Part shown: in pieces, positions 45,366 to 54,848 of the stretch
How positions within the stretch are numbered: position 1 is the first letter of the stretch
How the letters are laid out: every line of letters starts with the position of its first letter
Source of the DNA: an uncultured Bacteroidaceae bacterium
GTDB lineage: Bacteria; Bacteroidota; Bacteroidia; Bacteroidales; SM23-62
Direction of reading: 5' to 3'
Length of the DNA: 64,000 bases
NCBI GenBank assembly: GCA_964540005.1
Contig: CAZILN010000275.1
Span: forward strand, 5,287 to 69,286
The notes under the pieces: generated by a model
What the model saw: only the letters and a program-made list of their open reading frames with translations
Database searches by the model: none
What the model was told of the DNA's origin: nothing
Translations under genes and position numbers: made by a program

Positions 45366-47753
45366 TCATTCATATCTCAGGGAGTCTGCAGGGTTTGCCA
45401 GGGAGGATCTCAGGGCATGGTAGAAAACAGTCAGCAGGGCTATGGCTACAGAAATAATGACAGCCAGTATAAATATCCAGGCGGGCATATTGGTATGGTA
45501 GGCATAATCCTGCAGCCACCTGTTCATTACCAGGTATCCTGCAGGCAGTCCCAGTACATTAGCCAGTAAAACAATACGTAAAAAGTTCCATGAAAGCAGG
45601 GAGGTGACACCGGCAACAGAGGCTCCCATAACTTTCCTGATACCGATTTCCTTTGTTTTCTGCTCGGTCAGGAATGCAGAAAGCCCGTAAAGTCCCAGAA
45701 GGGCAATCAGGATGGCAAGCAGGGTGAAAAACCCGAAGATACCTTTCATCCTGGTCTCATTCTTATACAGGTTCTCGAAGGTCTCATCAAGAAAGAAAAA
45801 ATCAAAAGGCCTGTCAGGATCAATACCAGTCCATACCTGTTGCAGGGACCTGACTGTCTGCTGAATATTTTCCGGTACTATCCTGAGGGTGAGATACTGA
45901 AACCGGTGATCACGGTATGAGATAATAACTGGCAGGATTTCCTGGTGCAGAGAAGTAAAATAAAAATCTTTCACCACTCCGATAATTTTGTAGCCGGGTG
46001 TACCATTGAAAACCACATCTTTTCCCAGTGGGTCATCCCATCCCAGTATCCTGCAGGTTTCTTCATTGATGAGAAGGGCCATATCATCAGTAGCATGATC
46101 GGAGGAGAAATTCCTCCCCTGGATGATTTCCATCCGGTAAGTAGTCATGAAATCTTCATCCACATCTATGGATGCGAAGAGCTTCTCCTCATCGCTACCT
46201 TCATCGGGGAACCTGTACCCATTACCGCTGAAAGTTGCTCCGGGGTAGTTCTGCGAGGCGGACACATCCAGGACATAGGGAAGCTTTCCCAGTTCTTCCT
46301 TTAGGGTCCGGTAATCTTTTCTGAGTTCACTGCTTCTCAGGGGAACAACCAGTAAGTGTTCTTTACTGAATCCCAGGTTCTTATTCCGGATATAATCAAC
46401 CTGCCTGAGTACGACCAGTGAAGATATGATCAGGATAACAGCCAGTGAGAACTGTATGATCACCAGGATATTCCTGAAGAGCCGGGAGCTGATACCTGTG
46501 CCTGGCATCCCTTTCAATACACTGCTGGCCTTAAAGGAAGAAAGGAACAGTGCCGGATAACTCCCGGAAACAAGTCCCAGTAAAATGACCAGTGCCAGGA
46601 ACATCAAAAAGACATCGGTATTGCCGGAGATACTGAACTCGAGTTCCTTACCCATCAGAATGTTGAAGGCGGGGAGTAAGAGTTCTATCAGTATCAATGA
46701 CAGCAGGAAGGTGATTAGGCACAGCAGCACCGATTCCCCCAGGAATTGCCACATAAGCGTCCCCCTGCTGACACCGGCAACTTTCTTGATCCCTACCTCC
46801 CTGGCCCGGTGGACAGACCTGGCGGTGGAGAGGTTCATATAGTTGATGGAGGCAATCAGCAGCAGGAAAAGGATGATGGCCGAAAAGATGCGTACATACT
46901 GTATGTTACTGTTGGTTTCCAGCTCACCCAATGTATGTGAATGCAGGTGTATCCTTGTAATTGGTATGGTCCTGGGTATCAGGCCAATCCCCATTTCATC
47001 AAGTGATTTGCCAGCATGAATCTGAAGCAGTTCATCCATATACCGGTTAATGTCTTCGGCACTGGTTTCAGGTGTGCCCCTGACATAAAGATAATAATTG
47101 ATATTCCCTGTCCAGACATCCATGCTGCCAGCCGGATTCTCATAAAGGGTAACAAATGAGCACAGCATATCAAATCTGAAATGTGAATTGGCGGGCGGGG
47201 ATTCAATGATGCCGGTAACTGTAAAATCCTGCTGGTTATTCAGGCTCAGTACCTGGCCCACCGGATCCTGGTCACCGAAATACCTCCGGGCTGTTTCCCG
47301 GGTCAGGACCATAGTGTATGGCAGGCGAAGGAGATCCTCAGGGTTCCCGTTAAGGATCTTAAAATCAAAGCAACTTAAGAAACCGGAATCGGCATAGAGC
47401 ATTCTGTCTTCGTAGAACTTCTTAACACCGGATGAAAACAGGCTGGTCTGTCGTGTTCTGTACTAGCGGGTGAAATGAAGTACGTCCGGATACTCTTGTT
47501 GCATGGCGGGCCCCAGAGGGGTCATGGCAAAGGGGATCTCCATACTGGCACCGGATGACTTGAACTCTAGTCCCACCCGGTAAATATTCTGAGCATCCCT
47601 GTGAAAACGGTCGTAGCTGACCTCATTCAGGATCAATAAAAGCAAGAGCAGGGCAGAAGTGATACCCGCAGTAAGTCCAAAGAGGTTCAGAAAGGAAAAG
47701 AATGGGTTCCTGAGAAGGTTCCGGAGGGTCAGTTTAAAAAAGACTGGTATAAT
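45366..47753 (-). pseudogene. Double FtsX/MacB-type ABC permease paralog, disrupted by an in-frame TAG and lacking a canonical start codon
   Basis: ORFs 45366-47402 and 47463-47645 are in the same frame, separated by TAG at 47463-47465 (..DVLHFTR*YRTRQTSLF..FYEDRMLYADSGF). The family N-terminus (I)IPVFFKLTLRNLLRNPFFSFLNLFGLTAG continues up to 47753, but there is no ATG/GTG/TTG between it and the upstream stop at 47787-47789. The C-terminus NPADSLRYE matches the 39431 paralog. Confidence 0.7.
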
Positions 47754-47886
47754 GTCGGTTATTGTCTGCCTTGATAAATAAAAGTACTATAAATATGTTA
47801 AAATCTGTTGATTTTGCCCTGCAGCATGCAATTAAGCCCCGTAAAATTCGTTATCTGTTTTTGATAATACGTATCTTCGCGGACAT

Positions 47887-47894
47887 TAGTTTTG
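47887..47894 (+). promoter_or_regulatory. TAnnTTTG (TAGTTTTG) -7 promoter-like motif upstream of the 87-aa ORF
   Basis: Exact motif match ending 32 nt before ATG 47927. Confidence 0.25.
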
Positions 47895-47926
47895 AGTTAT
47901 TTAAGCAGTATTAATTTTTAGCATAG

Positions 47927-48190
47927 ATGGATATTAAGGTTAATGGGAAAGAATTGTTGGAACTCAACAAGGAAGAATTATTTGATGTTAGCAAGGAAGT
48001 GAAGCTGGCTCAGCTAAAATTACAGCAGAAAGACCTGCAGCAGTTCAATGTGGGTGATAAGGTCAGGTTGAACAAGCAGATGGGACTGATTGAAGGTGTG
48101 ATCGAGGATATCAGCAGCAGGTCGGTAATCGTCAATACAGGTGAAAAGAAAGTAATGGTCAGTCCGAGAATGATGGAAAAGGTATCCTGA
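47927..48190 (+). CDS. Hypothetical small protein (87 aa)
   Basis: Clean ORF in an intergenic position with a promoter-like motif. Coiled-coil-like N half, and an SH3/KOW-like C half (FNVGDKVRL...GVIEDISSRSVIVNTGEKKVMV). I recognise no family. Confidence 0.45.
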   Translation: MDIKVNGKELLELNKEELFDVSKEVKLAQLKLQQKDLQQFNVGDKVRLNKQMGLIEGVIEDISSRSVIVNTGEKKVMVSPRMMEKVS

Positions 48191-48407
48191 CCCACTCCGG
48201 AATTAGCCAACCTGAACACTATTACATACTTCTGAAACTCTCCGGCAGGTTTCTCCCGGAACCTGATCGTGTGCGCCTTATGTAAAAATTTTCAAGGAAT
48301 TGCTTTCATATTTTCTATTTTTACCTGACAGGCGGTGGTTCCTGAAAAGGAGTATTACACCCAAACCTTCCCTATAACAGAAAAACATTTACAAATAGCA
48401 GCAAAAC

Positions 48408-49775
48408 ATGCACAAACAATTGAACTTACCTCTTAGGACAGGCAATCTGATCATATTGATATTGCTGTTTATAAATGTCAGCTCGCAGAAAGATTATATG
48501 GATCAATGGCCGGGATTTCGCGGACCCTTTGCAAAGGGATTTACCAGACAGGGGGAGGCCCCGGCCACCTGGAATGTTTCAAGCGGTGAAAATATACGCT
48601 GGAAGACGGCGATACCCGGACTCGGCCACTCCTGTCCGGTAATCTGGGATGATCATTTATTCGTCACAACGGCAATAAGCGCTACAGGGGATGATTACCT
48701 GAAGGTAGGCCTGTATGGGGACATTGATATGGTTGATGACCAGACAGTCCACCAGTTCAAACTGTATTGCCTCGATAAGAATACGGGTGAGATCACCTGG
48801 GAAAGACTCTGCCATGAAGGGGTTCCCATAACCAGGCGCCATACCAAATCCTCCCATGCCAGTGCCACCCCGGCAACAGACGGGGAACACCTGGTGGCTT
48901 ACTTCGGTTCAGAGGGACTTTACTGTTATGATTTTGAAGGGGAGCTGTTGTGGAAAAAGGACCTGGGAAGGCTGAATGCAGGGCCATATGATATGCCTGA
49001 GGTGGAATGGGGAATAGCCAGTTCTCCCGTCATTCACCAGGGAAAGGTAATTATACAGGCAGATGTGACCGGGGATGATTGGCTGGCGGTTTTTGATATT
49101 GAAACAGGTGATGAAATATGGAGGACAGCCAGGGATGAGGTATCCACATGGGGCTCCCCGGCCATATACTCAGGGAAGGATAAGACCCAGATCATTGTTA
49201 ATGGCTATAAACATATGGGAGGATATGACTTTGAAACCGGTGAGGAGATCTGGAAAATGAGCGGGGGAGGAGATGCCCCGGCTCCCACACCTGTTATTGC
49301 CCATGACCTGATATTTATAAATAATGCTCACGGAAGGTATTCACCCATTTACGTGGTAAAGCCTTCTGCTGTCGGGGATATTACCCTGCATGAGGACAGT
49401 ACGGTAAATGACTACATCGTCTGGAGTATCAAGCGTGGTGGAGCCTATATGCAAACCCCGCTTATCTTTGGAGATTACCTGTATAATTGCAGGGGGAACG
49501 GATCCCTGACCTGCTTTGAAGCAACAACAGGTAAACAAGTCTACAGGGAGAGCCTGGGAGTGAGCGGGGGTGTGACTGCATCCGGGATAGCCGCCGGGGA
49601 GAAGCTGTATTTTACGGCGGAGAACGGTGATGTATTTGTAGTAAAGGCCGGTCAGGAATACAAACTTATTGCAAAAAACAGCATGGAAGATCTCTGCATG
49701 GCCACACCGGCTGTTTCAGAGAACACACTTTATTTTCGTACCCAGCATTACCTTATCGCAGTATCTGAGCAGTAA
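48408..49775 (+). CDS. Secreted PQQ-like (BamB-type) beta-propeller repeat protein
   Basis: Signal segment; repeats such as DKNTGEITWERL, DFEGELLWKKDL, DIETGDEIWRT, DFETGEEIWKM, EATTGKQVYRE. Confidence 0.7.
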   Translation: MHKQLNLPLRTGNLIILILLFINVSSQKDYMDQWPGFRGPFAKGFTRQGEAPATWNVSSGENIRWKTAIPGLGHSCPVIWDDHLFVTTAISATGDDYLKVGLYGDIDMVDDQTVHQFKLYCLDKNTGEITWERLCHEGVPITRRHTKSSHASATPATDGEHLVAYFGSEGLYCYDFEGELLWKKDLGRLNAGPYDMPEVEWGIASSPVIHQGKVIIQADVTGDDWLAVFDIETGDEIWRTARDEVSTWGSPAIYSGKDKTQIIVNGYKHMGGYDFETGEEIWKMSGGGDAPAPTPVIAHDLIFINNAHGRYSPIYVVKPSAVGDITLHEDSTVNDYIVWSIKRGGAYMQTPLIFGDYLYNCRGNGSLTCFEATTGKQVYRESLGVSGGVTASGIAAGEKLYFTAENGDVFVVKAGQEYKLIAKNSMEDLCMATPAVSENTLYFRTQHYLIAVSEQ

Positions 49776-50851
49776 ATTCTTAACAGCTCCTTTTTTTCGG
49801 GAGATTCCATAAGCTGTTCCCAGGACCAGAATATAACACCCCCGGAGGGAGGTTTGAGAGCTTCCTGCAGGGATTGCTTAAATTCCTCAAGGCTTAATGG
49901 TTCCTCCAGGTATGCCCTGTTAACCTGTATGCTCGGGTAGACAGGGATGTCAACCCGGGCGGAAAGATCACTGACAACAGAATGGATCCATTCAGGGGAC
50001 CTTTTCACCATATGGGCATAACACATAGGAGAGATCATGTCCACATGCCGGGCAATATCCCTGAAATCCTGGCCCGTAATCCTCCTGGCAGCATCGTTGA
50101 AATCCTCCTTCCTCCACGGTATGGCATGGACATTTATCAGGATATCATTATTGAGCTGTTTTGCTTCCCTGGATGCTGTTTCAACAAAGGAAGTAATGAG
50201 CCCGCATTTCCAGTCGGTCCACTCTTCCCGGCAGTTCACATTGATCCATTCTGCAAGGTCCGGAACCTCCTCCTGCGAATCAGGAATTACAATGCCTGAA
50301 TGAAGCTTAAATGCGTTAATACATGAAGCATCAAAACATGATTCGGGAATGGAGTCAGGATCAGTTTCCGGATAGATCTTTTCCCAGTACGCGAAATGAC
50401 GGATAAAATCAAGGCTGATCCCATCGGGATCGAGATCAGTGATCAGCTGTTTTATATATGCTATTCTCTCTTCCCTGTACTCCATGCGTGATGGACAGAT
50501 GAACTCTACCCATTCTTTGACGGCCCGCTCTCCCCGGTCAGTAATAGCATACAGATCCGGGTCTTTCTGAAGTGATTCCGGGTTGAAAAATATAGGAAGA
50601 ATGATGAATATCCTGATATCGTTCTTTTTTGCCAGGGTCCTGAATTCTTCAGTTAGCAGCGATGCATCGGCAAAGACTGTATTGATCCCGTGATCCTTCC
50701 AGTCTTCAAAACTGGCGGTAAGATCTCCTTCAATCTTGTAAACCTTTATGCCAATTATACGGTCGTCATGTTGAAGATGTCTGCCACCCGCGTTGCAGCC
50801 CTGGATAAAAAGAAACAGCGACCAGAAAACAAATAATTGCAGTGTTTTCAT
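49748..50851 (-). CDS. Putative glycoside-hydrolase-like TIM-barrel lipoprotein (family uncertain)
   Basis: Lipoprotein signal ..LFIQGC, then alternating beta/alpha pattern (GINTVF.., IRIFIILPIF.., DGISLDFIRH..) as in GHL-type hypothetical glycosidases. The 3' end overlaps the convergent 48408 gene by 28 nt. Confidence 0.45.
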   Translation of the reverse strand: MKTLQLFVFWSLFLFIQGCNAGGRHLQHDDRIIGIKVYKIEGDLTASFEDWKDHGINTVFADASLLTEEFRTLAKKNDIRIFIILPIFFNPESLQKDPDLYAITDRGERAVKEWVEFICPSRMEYREERIAYIKQLITDLDPDGISLDFIRHFAYWEKIYPETDPDSIPESCFDASCINAFKLHSGIVIPDSQEEVPDLAEWINVNCREEWTDWKCGLITSFVETASREAKQLNNDILINVHAIPWRKEDFNDAARRITGQDFRDIARHVDMISPMCYAHMVKRSPEWIHSVVSDLSARVDIPVYPSIQVNRAYLEEPLSLEEFKQSLQEALKPPSGGVIFWSWEQLMESPEKKELLRIYCSDTAIR

Positions 50852-50926
50852 TCGTTTAAAATTTTGTAATTATTTGAAAATAAAATAATTAAAAATTTGA
50901 GAACGAATGCAACCGCTTCGCTCTCT

Positions 50927-50978
50927 CATGAAAAATTTAATCATTTCCTTTTGTGAAAAAATGATTAATTTTTTCATG
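50927..50978. repeat. AT-rich inverted repeat (19-nt arms, 18/19 complementary, 14-nt spacer)
   Basis: catgaaaaatttaatcatt (50927-50945) versus aatgattaattttttcatg (50960-50978). It sits between two minus-strand genes: downstream of the 51018 gene's stop and upstream of the 50851 start. It could be a terminator or an operator. Confidence 0.5.
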
Positions 50979-51017
50979 TTCGTTTCAAGAGTAAAGTTTT
51001 TGTTAAACTTCAATTAC

Positions 51018-53126
51018 TTACCGGACAACAGGAAACTCGGTGATCCTAAGTTTGGTGCATCCGTAGGGTACCAGGATTATTTCTTCAGCATCAACATCCT
51101 GCAGGTGTTTCAGAGGCAGGCTGTGGGGCAGGGGACCTGGCATTTCACGGTACAGCTTCCAGTCCGGGATGATCTTCCCTGAAGTCCTGATTTCCAGGGG
51201 TGAATTTTCCACGCACCAGGGCCTGACGACAGAAATATCATTCCTTACCAGCCGGAACCCCTTTTCGGGATTCTCAAGGGATGCTTCCAGCAGTCCGTAG
51301 TTCCAGGGATCCACCGGGGTGACTTCCTCATACATCCCGAACCTGTCACCATCATCCTTAGAGCTCCATTTTTCTCTTATTTTCAGAGAGTATACCAGGG
51401 GACCGTGTTCTACTGCCACCGAATTTTCAACCCAGCGGCTGATCCGGATATCCGCATCCAGGATGAGTGCCATCCGGTCACCGTCTTTCCATTCTCTCTC
51501 GATAATATAAATTTGTCCGCCTTGCGGGGAATCAAACTCTTTCCCGTTTATCATGATCGTTGCCCCTGAAGACCAGGCAGGAATTCTCAGATGAAAAGGG
51601 AAGGAGGTATTCTCTTTACAACTGACAGTGAACCTCACCGTTTCTTCAAATGGATAGGAAGTTTCTTCTACTATCCTGACCGGCACCCTGTTCTCTGATA
51701 CCAGCAACTCAACATTGCAGGGAGCATACATCAGGGTTGCAACACCCCCGTCTGCGCTTGCATACCATAGATTCTGAACGAATTTCGGCCAGCCCTGGTG
51801 CATGTTGCAGGTACAGCATGGGTAGCCCGTCAGGAGCCCGAAACAAAGATCGGTCCCGCCGTGATGGTCCTCTTCATAAAAATTGTGACGGTGCCTGGTC
51901 AGCATAACCTGGTTGGCGCTCTGAAAATACTGGCGGGAGCTGAAGTCATGTTTTATCTGAGCAGGCAGGGCATTATAGGCAATTTTCTCCAGCTGGTCCG
52001 CATACTGCAGATCACCTGTAATAGTCAGCATGTTCTCAAGTGAATACATCATTTCAACGACCGAACACAGTTCAACACCCTGGGTGGGATCCTTTCCATG
52101 CATGGGTTCATCGCCCCCGTACATACCCTGGGGTTGTCCGTGAAAATCCCGGATATCCCTGAACGCCTTTTTAACGGCTTGCAGATGAACAGGGTCCTTA
52201 GCCTGCTGGTAATATACGACAGGTTCTTTGATCCCCTGGGCCAGGTTTACACAGTGGAAACTCTGAAGTTGCTTCAGGCAGAGCCGGTTGATCAGGGTGG
52301 AGTCGAAAGGATATTTGTTCCCGGTATTATAGGGATACAGGTGTCCCAGCTCAGGGCCCTCATAACAATCCTCATTCATAAAGACACTGGTCCATGGAAA
52401 TGTCTGTTCGTGGATAAGTTCTGAGAGTTCCAGCAGGAATTCCTCCCCGGTCAGGTTATACAACCAGTAGACCATCATCAGGTTGTCCCCTCCCCTCCGG
52501 TTCGCCCAGAAGGTCCATTTGTCAAGAGGCACAGAGGGAAGCATTTCCAACTGGTACCTGAAATATTCCGTCATCAGTTCCGGCACCCGCTCATCACCGG
52601 TGGCACTGTAATACTGCTGCAGCACTTTTAACATGACCATCTTTGGCCACCAGTCCCGGCGCCGGGTTTTCTGCAATCCGGGTTCAGCCTCAGGCTCAAC
52701 CTCAAAGGGAACAGGTCCGAAATACCCGTCAGCTGTCTGGCTGTTGAGCGTCCATTCTATCCAGGGTTTTATTTTCTCCTTGAGTTCGGGATCATCGAGA
52801 AGGTAGGCCAGGGGTACCAGTCCATCGAGCCAGTAAGGTCCCCTTTCCCATCCGTCACCGTCACCTCCCAGCCAGCCGTTTCGTGCCCCGACAACTTCTT
52901 TATACGCTGAATCCAGGTGTCCGGTCAGGCCTGTTTTCATTATTTCCAGCTGCTCCAGCAACCATCCTTCAGCATGTATACTACCGATCGGTAGTTCGAG
53001 GTATGGCTTTTGAAGAAGGGGAGGCCTGTTCTGAAGATAATTGGATACAGAGTCTTTACTACTGTCAGGGGTACAGCAGGACATGATAAGCAAACTGATC
53101 AGCAGGACAGGGACCCGGGTTCTCAC
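51018..53126 (-). CDS. Putative (alpha/alpha)6-barrel glycoside hydrolase, GH127/GH146 (DUF1680, beta-L-arabinofuranosidase)-like
   Basis: 702 aa. Lipoprotein-like signal (..IMSCC). N-terminal GWLGGDGDGWERGPYWLDGLVPLAYLL...SQ..DGYFGP block, which I associate with this family from memory. Family assignment not verified. Confidence 0.5.
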   Translation of the reverse strand: MRTRVPVLLISLLIMSCCTPDSSKDSVSNYLQNRPPLLQKPYLELPIGSIHAEGWLLEQLEIMKTGLTGHLDSAYKEVVGARNGWLGGDGDGWERGPYWLDGLVPLAYLLDDPELKEKIKPWIEWTLNSQTADGYFGPVPFEVEPEAEPGLQKTRRRDWWPKMVMLKVLQQYYSATGDERVPELMTEYFRYQLEMLPSVPLDKWTFWANRRGGDNLMMVYWLYNLTGEEFLLELSELIHEQTFPWTSVFMNEDCYEGPELGHLYPYNTGNKYPFDSTLINRLCLKQLQSFHCVNLAQGIKEPVVYYQQAKDPVHLQAVKKAFRDIRDFHGQPQGMYGGDEPMHGKDPTQGVELCSVVEMMYSLENMLTITGDLQYADQLEKIAYNALPAQIKHDFSSRQYFQSANQVMLTRHRHNFYEEDHHGGTDLCFGLLTGYPCCTCNMHQGWPKFVQNLWYASADGGVATLMYAPCNVELLVSENRVPVRIVEETSYPFEETVRFTVSCKENTSFPFHLRIPAWSSGATIMINGKEFDSPQGGQIYIIEREWKDGDRMALILDADIRISRWVENSVAVEHGPLVYSLKIREKWSSKDDGDRFGMYEEVTPVDPWNYGLLEASLENPEKGFRLVRNDISVVRPWCVENSPLEIRTSGKIIPDWKLYREMPGPLPHSLPLKHLQDVDAEEIILVPYGCTKLRITEFPVVR

Positions 53127-53707
53127 TTGATATTTAGATCTGCGATCACTTCGAGCACATTTTTACTGTCATTCTCAGCATCAACAGAACGGTTGATGTA
53201 GCGGATCTCTCCATCCTTATCGGCAATGAATGTCCACCGCTTGGCGGTCACACCCCTTTCCAGCTGCAATGTTTGACCGTCTATTTCCTGTTCAATGGAT
53301 CCTCCTTCACTCAGCGGAACACCGAATTTTTTAGCAACGGTTCCATCCTTGTCTGATAGCAGGGGGAAGTTCAGATTGTGTGCCTTTTTGAAGTAGGCCA
53401 GGTTTTCAGATTCATCACCACTAATACCGACTACAATGGCACCGGCCTCTTCCAGCTTCGACTGGTCGTCACGGTAACTGCAGGCCTGTTTGGTACAGCC
53501 GCCGGTCATGGCAGCAGGATAAAAGTAAATGATAATAGTCTTTGTGCCGATATAGTCGGTAACGGACCAGGTGTTACTGTTTTCATCGGGTAGGGAAAAC
53601 ACGGGAATCTTATCACCGGTTTTAAGTGCCTGGTCTGTCTGTCCTGTTGCGGGCAGCAAAAGAAGTGAAGCAGTAAGAATGAGTAAAACAGTTTTAATTG
53701 TATTCAT
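53123..53707 (-). CDS. bcp: Thioredoxin-fold peroxiredoxin (Bcp/AhpC-TSA family), secreted
   Basis: Signal peptide, YFYPAAMTGGCTKQAC (peroxidatic Cys context), FPLLSD. 4-nt overlap with the downstream glycosidase-like gene. Confidence 0.8.
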   Translation of the reverse strand: MNTIKTVLLILTASLLLLPATGQTDQALKTGDKIPVFSLPDENSNTWSVTDYIGTKTIIIYFYPAAMTGGCTKQACSYRDDQSKLEEAGAIVVGISGDESENLAYFKKAHNLNFPLLSDKDGTVAKKFGVPLSEGGSIEQEIDGQTLQLERGVTAKRWTFIADKDGEIRYINRSVDAENDSKNVLEVIADLNIK

Positions 53708-53763
53708 ATTACAGTTTTAGCATTATTCAAAAAGAAAATTATGACACAATTTACAAAATCCTG

Positions 53764-54657
53764 TTAATGGACAACAATAATTCCATTATTCTTCAATGTC
53801 TCTATCTGTTTCGGAGGAACGGCATTACCGATAATATTAAGGTATTCAAGATTATTCAGGTAAAACAGTGGGGATACATCATCAATCAGGTTATTGGAAA
53901 GGTCAAGAACTCTCAGGTTCTTAAGTTTAAAAAGGACATCAATAATGCCGATCTGGTTATAGGAAAGATCAAGTTCCTCAACAAGGCTAAGATCCTTCAG
54001 AGGGTAAATATCAGAAATGTTGTTTCCCGAAAGGTCAAGTATCTTAACGTATTTGCAGCATTCAATGCCGTCGAGCTGTTCAATTTCATACTCGGCCATT
54101 TCAATTTCTTCAAGGTCTTCAAGGTAGTATCCGGGCAGGAGTATCTCAATCGAACCATACAGCTTTCTCTTAACTGCCGTAAAAAAGGAATTATCAGTTT
54201 CGGTTTCTGCGAACTGTGTCGGAGAATGTTCAAACTGTTCGTCATCCCTGTCAAAGAAGTAATCGAAACCGGGATCATCTTCCTCCCACGCGTATTCAGG
54301 ATGATAATCTATGTCTTCGGCTATCTGTTCTGCCGATACAAACTGATCCAGATCCTGAATTTCAAGAATGTGGGAATACTGTTGCAAACCCTCAAGATTG
54401 CCATTTTTTATAAGGGCATCAATTTCCCTCCGGTACTGGTTTCCCCTGTCCGGATGGTATATCATGATCAGGCGGGAAAAACATTTACTCGTCTTTTCTT
54501 CCTTTATCGGGATGTATTCAGATACTGCCTCGGCTATTCTTTTGATCAGGCTGTATTCTCCTGACTTGTAGAAACCGATTATCCCGGCTGAGATCTTATT
54601 CAGGTTCTCATCTGAATAGGCATCTTTTATTCTCCTGAAATATTCCCGGTCTTCCAT
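53764..54657 (-). CDS. J-domain-like (HPD motif) protein fused to C-terminal leucine-rich repeats
   Basis: CFSRLIMIYHPDRGNQYRREIDAL (helix II-HPD-helix III pattern of DnaJ J domains); acidic linker; four or five 22-aa LRRs (LDLSGNNISDIYPLKDLSLVEELDLSYNQIGIIDVLFKLKNLRVLDLSNNLIDDVSPL..). Chosen over the antisense 288-aa ORF. Confidence 0.65.
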   Translation of the reverse strand: MEDREYFRRIKDAYSDENLNKISAGIIGFYKSGEYSLIKRIAEAVSEYIPIKEEKTSKCFSRLIMIYHPDRGNQYRREIDALIKNGNLEGLQQYSHILEIQDLDQFVSAEQIAEDIDYHPEYAWEEDDPGFDYFFDRDDEQFEHSPTQFAETETDNSFFTAVKRKLYGSIEILLPGYYLEDLEEIEMAEYEIEQLDGIECCKYVKILDLSGNNISDIYPLKDLSLVEELDLSYNQIGIIDVLFKLKNLRVLDLSNNLIDDVSPLFYLNNLEYLNIIGNAVPPKQIETLKNNGIIVVH

Positions 54658-54848
54658 GCTGCAAAGTTAAGCAATAATACCATCAGGAGTGATCACCGCG
54701 ATAAAAATAAGGATATCATGTTACCGGGGTTTATAAGATCTCTAATTACAGAATTATGTTTGATCTTCAGGAATACTTCAAAATCATTTTTTAGCTTTAC
54801 CAGCTGTTTTGCAATGGGACAATGATTTATCACAAGAGCAGATCCACA

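Noticed and set aside
53698-54564. 288-aa plus-strand ORF almost exactly antisense to the 297-aa J-domain/LRR gene
   Set aside because: Its translation is K/F/I/N/V-rich with no motif, a typical shadow ORF of an AT-rich LRR gene. The minus-strand product has an HPD motif and regular 22-aa LRRs.
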